Of a DNA stretch of 64,000 nucleotides, positions 46,373-55,112 are shown one piece after another (the stretch's first letter is position 1; every line of letters starts with the position of its first letter). Location: the NCBI GenBank assembly GCA_000092065.1, contig CP000590.1; one strand, written 5' to 3'. The stretch comes from Ostreococcus lucimarinus (taxonomy: Eukaryota). A program made the translations under genes and the position numbers. Under the pieces are notes generated by a model. That model worked only from the letters and a program-made list of their open reading frames with translations. It made no database searches and was not told where the DNA came from.

Positions 46373-47422
46373 ATGACGCCCTCGCGCCGCGCCGCGCGCG
46401 TGTTCGCGAACGCCGCGGCGGTGGCGCGCGCGTCGGGAACGCTCGCGGCGCGGGACGGCGCGCCGGGGACGCGCGCGGCGACGCTGACGACGTGGGCGAA
46501 GGTTGGACGCGCGAGCGGGACGCGCGGGACGACGCGGGCGGACGCGACGAGCGCCGCGCGAGCGACGCGAGCGTGGATCGGACGGACGCTGACGTCGGCG
46601 AGCGATGCGACGTGGAAGAGAAACGGCGGTAACGATAATCAGAGAGCCGGGGGAGGCGCGGGTGGGGTCGGGGGCGGGAACGACGGCGCGGCGGCGGCGA
46701 GGAACGGCGCGACCGGGGACGCGGCGCCGGGCGACGGGAAGGATAAGAACATCTTGGATAACTTGTTAAAGTCGCACGATATCGTGCAGATGCTGGAGGC
46801 GCTCGAGGACATGGGGACGACGAAGGATACGATCTCGTTGGGCGAGCTCGAGGCGTTCGTGCGCGATCAAACGTCGCCGCCGCGGTCGGCGGAGGAGACG
46901 GCGATCAAAGTTAAACTGCTCGAAGAGTGCGGCGCGGTGCTCATTCTCGAAGATATGGTATATTTGCACCCACGAGACGTCACGAGCGCGGTATTGCGCG
47001 TGCTGCCGGGCGTTCCCTCGAAAGTATACGGCATCACCGACGCCGATTTGCAAGCCATGACGAACGAGTTTGAGACGATGAAGGAAAATTACAAAGTCGC
47101 TCGACGACGCGCCGAGGCGCGCTCGCGAACGATCATATCGAGCGGATTAATCGTTCTGTGCCTACAGCTCGCCACATTCGTGCGATTGACGTATTATGAA
47201 TTCTCGTGGGACGTCATGGAGCCGTTGTCGTACTTTGTCGGCCTCTGCAACGCGATCCTGGTGTACGTGTACTACTTATGGAACCGCCGAGACTTCTCCT
47301 TCGAGACTTGGCAAAACTCCCTCGCGGGTAAATACGCGGACAGTCATCTCAGACGAAGCGGCTTCGATCTCGACCGTTACGTCGCCCTGAGCAAACGTCT
47401 CCGCCGCTCCGCTCGCAAGTGA
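46373..47422 (+). CDS. MCU: Mitochondrial calcium uniporter (MCU) pore subunit homolog
   Basis: Two TM helices flank the selectivity motif: LIVLCLQLATFVRLTYYEFSWDVMEPLSYFVGLCNAILVYVYYLW (W-D-V-M-E-P, DIME-type). Coiled-coil before TM1. Presequence. Confidence 0.75.
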   Translation: MTPSRRAARVFANAAAVARASGTLAARDGAPGTRAATLTTWAKVGRASGTRGTTRADATSAARATRAWIGRTLTSASDATWKRNGGNDNQRAGGGAGGVGGGNDGAAAARNGATGDAAPGDGKDKNILDNLLKSHDIVQMLEALEDMGTTKDTISLGELEAFVRDQTSPPRSAEETAIKVKLLEECGAVLILEDMVYLHPRDVTSAVLRVLPGVPSKVYGITDADLQAMTNEFETMKENYKVARRRAEARSRTIISSGLIVLCLQLATFVRLTYYEFSWDVMEPLSYFVGLCNAILVYVYYLWNRRDFSFETWQNSLAGKYADSHLRRSGFDLDRYVALSKRLRRSARK

Positions 47423-47716
47423 CGGACGCCCTCGTCGACGCGTCGGGGAATCGACGACCCCGCCTCATCGCCTCGCGCGCGTCTCCGCGCGCTCTCGACC
47501 GCGCTCGACCGTATTTTTTAATACCAACGATATTTCGAGCCGCGCGCACGATTCCCGCGTCGCGCGTCGCGCGCTCGGTCGCGTCGTCTCGCCTCGCCTC
47601 GCCGCCGCGCGCCTCGTCCGGGTTTCCGGGACGATCTGAGCCTCACTTTTCCGCGCGCGCGTCCACGCGCACGCCGCGCCCACGACGCCCGCTCGCGCCG
47701 CGCGCGCGCACGAACC

Positions 47717-48616
47717 ATGCCCCAAGTCCCTCTGGTGTGCCACGGGCACTCTCGACCGATCGTCGCGCTGGAATACTCGCGCGTGACGCCGGACGGGGTG
47801 TTTTTGATTTCCAGCTCCAAGGATGGCCAACCGATGCTGCGCTGCGGCGACAGCGGAGACTGGGTCGGCACGTTCCAGGGACACAAAGGATGCGTGTGGG
47901 ACGCCACGCTGAACGGAGAGGCGACGCACGCGGCGACGGCGAGCGCGGATTTCAGCGCGCGGCTGTGGAACGCGATCACGGGGGACGAGTTGCGAACGTT
48001 TCAACATAAACACATCGTGAAGAGCGTGAATTTTTCGAACGATGGCGGAAGGTTGTTGACCGGGGGAAGCGAAAAGTTACTGCGGATATACGATTTGAAT
48101 AAACCGGAAGCGGAGCCGTACGCGATGGCGGGGAGCGCGTCGCAGATTAAGACGGCGAGTTTCATCGCGAACGACGAGCTGATTTTGAGTTCGTGCGCGG
48201 AGGATAAGGGGATTCGCGTGTGGGACGTGCGCACGAATACGGTGGTGACGACGCTGAGCACGGAATCGCCCGTGATGTCGATCGAGGTGAGCGCGGATGG
48301 GAAGAACATGACGACGGCGGACGGAAAGGACGTGACTTTTTGGGATTTGCAAAACTTTTCCAAGGTGCAAAAGTGGACAATGGAGTACGAGGTCGAGAGC
48401 GCTTCGGTGAGTTTGAAGCACAAAAAGTTTGTCGCGGGAGGTCCGGACATGTGGGTGCACTTGCACGACATGGAGACCGGCGCGGAGGAACAGACAAACA
48501 AGGGGCACCACGGGCCCGTGCACTGCGTGAGGTTCGCCCCCGATCAAAACAGCTACTGCAGCGGGTCCGAGGACGGTACGATTCGTATTTGGCAAACGAT
48601 CGAGCCTAAAGATTGA
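47717..48616 (+). CDS. STRAP: STRAP/UNRIP WD40 protein (serine-threonine kinase receptor-associated protein)
   Basis: Colinear with remembered STRAP: MPQVPLVCHGHSRPIVALEYS...KDGQPMLR.GD.GDW.GTF.GHKG.VW...LLRIYDLNKPEAEP...GHHGPVHCVRFAPD...SGSEDGTIRIWQT. Confidence 0.9.
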   Translation: MPQVPLVCHGHSRPIVALEYSRVTPDGVFLISSSKDGQPMLRCGDSGDWVGTFQGHKGCVWDATLNGEATHAATASADFSARLWNAITGDELRTFQHKHIVKSVNFSNDGGRLLTGGSEKLLRIYDLNKPEAEPYAMAGSASQIKTASFIANDELILSSCAEDKGIRVWDVRTNTVVTTLSTESPVMSIEVSADGKNMTTADGKDVTFWDLQNFSKVQKWTMEYEVESASVSLKHKKFVAGGPDMWVHLHDMETGAEEQTNKGHHGPVHCVRFAPDQNSYCSGSEDGTIRIWQTIEPKD

Positions 48617-48718
48617 GTCCGGTCGTGTTGTCCTTCTATTAAATTAGTTCTAGTTCTCTAGTGGATTTTGTGAATTGTTGAATCGGAGGTAGACGAACCA
48701 CCCGACGAACCACGCTCG

Positions 48719-49546
48719 TCACGCAAATTTCTTCTTGATGTTTTTCACGATCGTCTCCACCCAATCGAGCGCGGAAAACGCGAACCAACCGATGGCGATG
48801 ATCAGCGCCGAATGTAGCACGCTCAGCATACTCGGCTCAGCCTTGAGAAACGGCTCAACGTACCTCAAGCCGACGAAGAACCACGTGAGCGCGGTGGTTG
48901 ACCCCACGGCGTAACCCACGATGACTTGCGGTGGCGTGTGATACCCCGTACTCACGCGCAAATAACTCAAAAACATCCCCATTATCACTAAAACAAAGCT
49001 CGCCACGAGCTGTCCCGCGTATCCGAGCGCCGGCGCCGCGTCTCGAAAGTACGCCAACGCCGTCGCCGCGTACACGCTCAAATACGACAACGACGTCGCG
49101 TGCGAGCTCGGCATCCCGGGATCAGCCTTGATCGCCCCATCCGGTCGCTCGTGATTCAAGACGCGTTTCAAAATCTTCCCATTGACGCTGTTCACGACGC
49201 TTCCGAGCAGCGCCCAGCACGTCCCCGCGCTCGGGTCGCGCAGCAAGACCCCCAGCGCCGCGCACGAGACGACGAATTTCGTGCTCTCGTTCACGTACGC
49301 CAGGACGGGCGTTTTTTTCGACGAGGGATTTCGCGGCGACGCGCGCGCGTCAGCCGCGTCGTGGGCGCCCGCGCGTGGCGTCGCCGCGCGTCTTCTGGAC
49401 ATCGACATTGGGGACAGTTTAGGAGCGGTCGTCGCGTCGACGACGCGCGAACGGTGGCGAACGAAGGCCGCGCGTGAGCGGAAACGCGTCGTGGATGACG
49501 CCCGTACGAGAACCGCGGATGGCGCGCGGACGCGGGCGATTGACAT
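48719..49546 (-). CDS. PAP2-family lipid phosphate phosphatase with presequence
   Basis: PAP2 motifs KILKRVLNHERPDG (KxxxxxxRP), MPSSHAT (PSGH-like) and SYLRVSTGYHTPPQVIVG (SRxxxxxHxxxD-like). Multiple TM helices. Confidence 0.75.
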   Translation of the reverse strand: MSIARVRAPSAVLVRASSTTRFRSRAAFVRHRSRVVDATTAPKLSPMSMSRRRAATPRAGAHDAADARASPRNPSSKKTPVLAYVNESTKFVVSCAALGVLLRDPSAGTCWALLGSVVNSVNGKILKRVLNHERPDGAIKADPGMPSSHATSLSYLSVYAATALAYFRDAAPALGYAGQLVASFVLVIMGMFLSYLRVSTGYHTPPQVIVGYAVGSTTALTWFFVGLRYVEPFLKAEPSMLSVLHSALIIAIGWFAFSALDWVETIVKNIKKKFA

Positions 49547-49669
49547 GCACGCGTGGTTATGCCGCGATATCGACGCCGAGGCGCGCTTTATCCGCTTTCG
49601 CGTCGGTTGAATTAAATGGTGTAGTGATCGCTAATGACGTCTCGCCTCGTGTTTCGTGTGTCTTGGATC

Positions 49670-51187
49670 TCAAGCCGCGCGGTCGTAGTATCGATCGAGC
49701 GTCTTGGCGGGAATGCGCTTCAAGAGCTCGCGCGGGAAAATTCTAAGCAGCGACCACGCGAGGTCCAAGGCGTCGTAAATGTTCCGTCCTTCGTTACCCT
49801 GATTGATGAACTTGCGCTCGAATTTGTCCAAGAACTCGAGGTAAAGCAAATCATCGGAGCTCAACGCTTCTTCGCCGACGACGGCTTTCATAGCCAAGGT
49901 GTCTTTGCCGATGGCGTAGTTGGCGTAGAGCTGGTTGGAGACTTCGCCGTGGTCGCGACGCGTCATGCCTTCGCCAATCGCAGACTTCATCAAACGACTG
50001 AGCGATGGCAAAACGTTGATGGGTGGGTAGATTTGTCGGTTATGCAACTGGCGGTCGATGTAAATCTGCCCTTCGGTGATGTATCCCGTCAAATCTGGAA
50101 TCGGGTGCGTGATGTCGTCGTTCGGCATGGTTAAAATCGGCAACTGCGTGATTGAACCTTTTCGTCCTTTGATTCGACCCGCTCGCTCGTAAATCGTAGC
50201 TAAATCGGTGTACATATAACCAGGATAACCTCTTCGCCCCGGGACTTCCTCGCGCGCCGCGCTGACCTCGCGCAAAGCGTCGGCATAGGAAGACATGTCG
50301 GTTAAAATCACCAAGACGTGCTTCCCGCACTCGTACGCCAGGTATTCCGCCGTCGTCAAAGCGATGCGCGGAGTGATGATTCGCTCAATCGTGGGATCAT
50401 TCGCGAGGTTCAGGAACAAAACAACTTTCTCCAAACTTCCAGTCCGTTCGAAATCACGACGGAAAAAGTTTGCCGTCTCCAGGTTGACCCCCATCGCCGC
50501 GAAGACGATGGCGAAGTCGTCTTCGCCCGCCGACGTGCCCGCGTCTCCCCCCTCCACCTCTCGCCCCTCATCGTCCCGCCGTTTCACCAATCCAGCTTGT
50601 CGACAAATCTGCGCCGCAATCTCGTTATGCGGCAAACCCGCCGCACTAAACAATGGAATCTTTTGTCCTCGAGCGATGGAATTCATCACGTCAATGGTCG
50701 ATATTCCCGTCTGTATCATCTCCTCCGGGTACGTCCTTTCGCTCGGATTGATGCTCGCCCCTTGGATATCCAAATATTTCTCCGCCATCACCGGCGGTCC
50801 ACCGTCGATGGGATTCCCAGATCCGTTAAAGATCCGTCCCAACATATCCTCGCTCACCGGCGTCTTCAGCACTTCCCCCGTAAACTCCAACTCGGTCCTT
50901 TTCCCATCGATCCCGCTCGTGCCTTCGAATATCTGCACCACCGCGCGTTCACCATCGACCTCGAGCACTTGTCCGCGCCTGAGCGTGCCGTCGCCGAGCT
51001 TCACGTTGACGATTTCGGCGTACTTTGCGTTCGAAACTTGATCTAAAATCACCAGCGGACCCGCGACGGCGCGCACGGTTCGATACGTCAGCTTCGGGTC
51101 GATCGCATCGATCGCGTCGATCGTCGCCTTCGCGGCGGCGATCTGCGTGCGCGCGAAATCGCTCGCGAGCGCGTCCGCGGGCGACAT
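49670..51187 (-). CDS. VHA-B: V-type H+-ATPase subunit B
   Basis: [17 protein letters not shown]...[19 protein letters not shown]-terminal barrel. Non-catalytic nucleotide-binding region. Conserved C-terminus ...[22 protein letters not shown]. The ATG at 51185-51187 is preferred over the upstream R-rich extension. Confidence 0.92.
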   Translation of the reverse strand: MSPADALASDFARTQIAAAKATIDAIDAIDPKLTYRTVRAVAGPLVILDQVSNAKYAEIVNVKLGDGTLRRGQVLEVDGERAVVQIFEGTSGIDGKRTELEFTGEVLKTPVSEDMLGRIFNGSGNPIDGGPPVMAEKYLDIQGASINPSERTYPEEMIQTGISTIDVMNSIARGQKIPLFSAAGLPHNEIAAQICRQAGLVKRRDDEGREVEGGDAGTSAGEDDFAIVFAAMGVNLETANFFRRDFERTGSLEKVVLFLNLANDPTIERIITPRIALTTAEYLAYECGKHVLVILTDMSSYADALREVSAAREEVPGRRGYPGYMYTDLATIYERAGRIKGRKGSITQLPILTMPNDDITHPIPDLTGYITEGQIYIDRQLHNRQIYPPINVLPSLSRLMKSAIGEGMTRRDHGEVSNQLYANYAIGKDTLAMKAVVGEEALSSDDLLYLEFLDKFERKFINQGNEGRNIYDALDLAWSLLRIFPRELLKRIPAKTLDRYYDRAA

Positions 51188-51413
51188 GACGTCGGTTCGC
51201 GCGCGCTTCGCGGTGTGAGGTCGACGTCGCGCGCGCCGCGCTCGACGCGTCCGACCGACGACGCGCCGCGCGCGCCGCGCGCCGCCGAATCGCGTCGACC
51301 GAATCGCGCGCATCTTCTACGTCGATATTATTACAACGATCGCGCGCGATCGTTCCCTCGCGCGTCGCCTCGCCCGCGTCCCGCGTCCCGCGTCCCGCGT
51401 CTCGCGCCCGCCC

Positions 51414-51704
51414 CTAGTTAAAGTACAGCTCCAGATTCATCCCGTCGTGAATCTCGTAATCGTCCAGCGTGATGTGATCCTTATAAATCGTGTACCACTT
51501 CTGTATCCGTATCTTCTCCGGCCGCGTCCCCGTCTGCGCGGCGACGAGTTTCTTTAAATCACCGATGGTGTCGTCCTCGCTGCGCCGTCGAAACAAACCG
51601 CGCGCGCGTCAGTCGCGCGTCGCGCGCCCCGTCGGATCGTCGACGCACTTGCACTTGACGCGTATCTTCTTCCCGAGTCGGTCGTTCAGCGTGATCTCGA
51701 TCAT
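51414..51704 (-). CDS. UBL5: Ubiquitin-like protein 5 (UBL5/Hub1); two exons (51649..51704, 51414..51579)
   Basis: Exon 2 encodes (N)[54 protein letters not shown]. Exon 1 encodes [19 protein letters not shown]. They join through a 69-nt GTGCGT..CAG intron (51580..51648) into a 73-aa protein colinear with UBL5. Confidence 0.85.
51580..51648 (-). other. Spliceosomal intron (69 nt, GTGCGT...AG) in the UBL5 gene
   Basis: Donor aa|gtgcgtcgacg lies after the codons for VKC plus the first two bases of N. Acceptor ...gacggcgcag|c completes the AAC codon. The ORF-track M at 51596 is a TTG inside the intron. Confidence 0.65.
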
Positions 51705-51722
51705 CGTCGCGCGCGCGAGTGT

Positions 51723-51758
51723 CGTTCGTTCGTTCGTTCGTTCGTTCGTTCGTTCGTT
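51723..51758. repeat. (CGTT)9 tetranucleotide microsatellite in the UBL5 / Nudix-like divergent promoter
   Basis: Direct reading gives cgttcgttcgttcgttcgttcgttcgttcgttcgtt, between the opposing start codons at 51702-51704 (-) and 51811 (+). Confidence 0.85.
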
Positions 51759-51810
51759 CGGCGTCGCGTCACGTCGCGACGCGGCCGTCGCGCGCGTCGC
51801 GCGTCGCGCG

Positions 51811-52761
51811 ATGTCCGGCGCGTTCCAGGCGTACGAGCGCGTCGTCGCGTGCGCCCGCGGCGGCGGTCTGCGCTGGGACGAGATCGCGTTCGTCGCGCGC
51901 GGGTCGGGCGAGCGCGCGCGCGTCCCGGCGCGCGACGACGTCGAGGCGACGATCGACGCGACGTGGGCGCGCCGCGGCGCGACGGTGTACGACGCGGCGA
52001 AGTTTCGATTCGCGAGCGCGACGACGCGCGACGCCGACGCGACGGACGGCGCGATCGCGCGCGTCGAGTGCGGGCTGACGGATTACAAGACGCTGCAGGG
52101 GACGAATTTGGCGGCGAACTGGGACGCGTTCGCGGCGACGAAGACGAGCGACGACGCGACGACGCGGACGACGTCTGGGTGCGGACGAGCGAGCGCGGCG
52201 ATTGGAACGGCGGCGCGGTTCGCGCACTACGGCATGGCGCTGGGGAATTGCGTGTGCCTGCGGGCGAGCGATGGGAAATTTTTGGCGTTGCGTCGATCGC
52301 GAGACGTCGGCGAGGCGCCGGGGGCGTTGGTGTTTCCGGGAGGACACCCCGAGCCGAAGGACGTCGGCTTCGACGGCGACACCGACGCGATGGATGTGTC
52401 GAGGTACATGTTCGAGAGCGCGCTGTCGGAACTTCGCGAAGAACTCGGGGTGGACGAGGAGCGCGTGCGGCGTCTGCGATGTCTCGGCGTGACGCTTCGC
52501 GTCGTCAACGCGAGGCCGTGCGTCGTGTTTTACGCTCGAACGGCGTTATCGTCGGACGAAATACTGCGGGATTTTTATCCGAACGCAGAGCACGCGTTCG
52601 AGAGCACGCGCGCCGTGGCGCTCGCGATCGATGAGTTTGATCGTTCCGCTATGCCGGGCGACCACGTCGGCGCGCTCGATTTCGTCGCCGTCGCGCTCGC
52701 GCACGACGACGGCGCCGTCGCGCTCGCCGACGACGACCCGCCCTGGCGCCGTAGTTCATAG
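51811..52761 (+). CDS. Nudix-like hydrolase with degenerate Nudix box (NUDT22-like?), low-confidence family call
   Basis: LVFPGGHPEPKDVGFDGDTDAMDVSRYMFESALSELREELGVDE gives a partial GGx..E..REL.EE.G pattern. An N-terminal domain precedes it. The ORF track starts at 51490, but the Met at 51811 lies beyond the UBL5 gene. Confidence 0.45.
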   Translation: MSGAFQAYERVVACARGGGLRWDEIAFVARGSGERARVPARDDVEATIDATWARRGATVYDAAKFRFASATTRDADATDGAIARVECGLTDYKTLQGTNLAANWDAFAATKTSDDATTRTTSGCGRASAAIGTAARFAHYGMALGNCVCLRASDGKFLALRRSRDVGEAPGALVFPGGHPEPKDVGFDGDTDAMDVSRYMFESALSELREELGVDEERVRRLRCLGVTLRVVNARPCVVFYARTALSSDEILRDFYPNAEHAFESTRAVALAIDEFDRSAMPGDHVGALDFVAVALAHDDGAVALADDDPPWRRSS

Positions 52762-52914
52762 AATATATTGTTTGCGTTTCAGTCGTAGTCTCTTTCATCG
52801 CGCGCGCGCCGTTCAGCGCGCGTCGAACCGCTTCCGCGTCGTCGTCGCTCGTCGCGCGCGCGCTCGATCCTCGGGCTTCGCGCCGGACCTCGAGCGCCAT
52901 CGCCGCACTCCTCG

Positions 52915-54954
52915 ATGTCTCCCGGCGCCGGAGCCGCCGCGCCCGCGCGAACGCCGACCAAGCGTTACGCGCAAGACGGTCTGCTACCCCTGAACCACGC
53001 GCGACCGCCGAAGACGCCGCAAAACGCGGAAGATGGCGCGCGATCCAACACCGCCGCGGACGATCAAAATCTAAAGTCGCCCGCGGATGACGCGACGAAC
53101 GAACCGAGCGTGCGCGACATCGTGCGCGCGAACGCGGAAAGAGCGGGGGCGCGGCTGCGCGCGGAAATGCAGGCGAATGCGCGAAGGGAGGCGGCGAGCT
53201 CGAGCCAGACGCTGGAGGAACAGCACGCGCGGGTGACGGCGTTCTTGGCGACGCACCCACACGCGGGACCGTCATTAGACGCGCACAAGCGCATATATCA
53301 ATTGATAGAGGGATTTCCGACCGTGAAAAAGATGATGGATCGCTCGCCAGGGTTGCGCGGGATGCTCGGGAGCGAACGAGGATTGGCGGAACTGACGCGC
53401 GTGTTGTCCAACGGAGGCGAAGGCTTGGCCGAATTGGCGCAAAGTTTCGGGAGCTTGGATGCGAACGAGAACGGGCACGCGAAGAGTGCGGATGATTACA
53501 TCGCGGATTTAAAGATTCTGGAGCAGGCAAAGATTGAGTTGAGGACGTTTCGCGAGCGACAGGAGAATTACATCACCACCGGTATGGCCGCGCCGGTGGT
53601 GGCGCCGAGCGCCGACGACGACGAGCAGTATTTATTAAGTATCGCGAGACGCGGGACGAACGAAGAAACACCGTCTTATATCGACGTGCATCTTCGCGCA
53701 CAAGCGACGAACATGGATACCGCGGTTCCTTTCGTCATCGCGATTGTAGGCTCGACGCTCGCCGCATTGGGCTTAAATCTATTTTATTTCTTGGTGTCTT
53801 TTGTCACGATCACGGCGTTGATACTCGTGGCGCACCGACATGCGAGTTCGCAAGTGACGTACATGTACGGCAAACGAAGGATAGGTACGTCGGCCGCGAT
53901 GACTGTGCATGCCATAGTGCTCGCGTGTGCGTTGCAGTTTTTCTTTGTGTACGTGCCGTTGTTCTTCGGCGTCGCACCGATGACGTGTTTGATCACTACT
54001 TTTGAGTTTGTTTTCACGCCCTGGTTGTTTTACAAAACATATGTTATCGGTCCGGGCTTCGTGCCCACCGGTGTGAGTGATTTTGCGTCGTGGGCGGCGA
54101 CGATGGAACGCGTGAGCGCGACGCAGGGTGGATCCTCGGTCGCGGAGAACGCATCAAAGATGATGATCAACAACCGATATTGCAAGACTTGTCACTGCGC
54201 CAGGCCGCTGCGGTCGAAGCACTGTCCCTTCTGCAATCGTTGCGTGGAAAAGATGGATCACCACTGCCCGATTACGATGACGTGCATTGGTGCGAGGAAT
54301 CAGCGCTGGTTCTTCATGGCAGTACTCTCGATGTTCATCGGTCAGTGTGGATTTCTGCACGTGAGCCACCTGTTTTACAGGATGCTCGTTGATATCGAAG
54401 CTCCGCGCGTCGGTGGCACTGGATTTATGCCCACAGTCGTGACACATTTTTACGTCGTGTTCAACCGCCCGTTCGGCATGATTTTGTACGCGATTGCTTT
54501 CTTGTTCACGATTTACTGCGCCGGCATCCTCGTACGCATGTTCATCGGCGTCTGCGTGAATCTCACAGTGAACGAGATGGAAAACGCGGCAAGATATGAA
54601 TATCTCCAATCGGGCGATCCTGATCGTCCGTATCGCAACGTCTTCGATGCCGGGCCGCGGATCAATTGCATTCAGTTTTGGCGCGACACCGATAAAAAAC
54701 GCGACTGGGACGGATTTTACGTCGCCGCCAAGGAGAAAAAGGCCGACTTACCCGTGGCGCCAAAATTTAGCTATTCTTGGTTTCACAGCACCGCACCAAG
54801 ATTCTTGCGCGCGGTGTTTCAATTTCACTCCGATACCGTGCGATCGCACGGTCACGGTCACTCGCACGGCCACGGTCACTCGCACGGCCACGGCGACGAA
54901 TGTCAACACGACCATCCGCACTCACTGAACCACCCGGGCGACAGCGCGGTGTGA
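52915..54954 (+). CDS. DHHC-type protein S-acyltransferase with long N-terminal domain and C-terminal (HGHS)n His-rich tail
   Basis: CKTCHCARPLRSKHCPFCNRCVEKMDHHCPITMTCIG (DHHC-CRD). Four or more TM helices. C-terminus HGHGHSHGHGHSHGHGDECQHDHPH. Confidence 0.85.
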   Translation: MSPGAGAAAPARTPTKRYAQDGLLPLNHARPPKTPQNAEDGARSNTAADDQNLKSPADDATNEPSVRDIVRANAERAGARLRAEMQANARREAASSSQTLEEQHARVTAFLATHPHAGPSLDAHKRIYQLIEGFPTVKKMMDRSPGLRGMLGSERGLAELTRVLSNGGEGLAELAQSFGSLDANENGHAKSADDYIADLKILEQAKIELRTFRERQENYITTGMAAPVVAPSADDDEQYLLSIARRGTNEETPSYIDVHLRAQATNMDTAVPFVIAIVGSTLAALGLNLFYFLVSFVTITALILVAHRHASSQVTYMYGKRRIGTSAAMTVHAIVLACALQFFFVYVPLFFGVAPMTCLITTFEFVFTPWLFYKTYVIGPGFVPTGVSDFASWAATMERVSATQGGSSVAENASKMMINNRYCKTCHCARPLRSKHCPFCNRCVEKMDHHCPITMTCIGARNQRWFFMAVLSMFIGQCGFLHVSHLFYRMLVDIEAPRVGGTGFMPTVVTHFYVVFNRPFGMILYAIAFLFTIYCAGILVRMFIGVCVNLTVNEMENAARYEYLQSGDPDRPYRNVFDAGPRINCIQFWRDTDKKRDWDGFYVAAKEKKADLPVAPKFSYSWFHSTAPRFLRAVFQFHSDTVRSHGHGHSHGHGHSHGHGDECQHDHPHSLNHPGDSAV

Positions 54955-55112
54955 GTGCGCCAATAGAAACTGATAGCGGGCATAATAAAAAGAGATTGTG
55001 TAATGACGACCTAATACGTCGCGCACGATTCACTCGATTCACTCGATTCGCTCGATTCCCCGCCGCGCTCTGCTTTGCTGTATCCGCTCGTCTCGTACGC
55101 GCGCGGCCGCAC

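Noticed and set aside
46373-47422. MCU selectivity motif reads WDVMEP instead of the textbook WDIMEP
   Set aside because: Ile to Val is a conservative change within the D-x-x-E filter. Without an alignment of algal MCUs, it cannot be called unusual.
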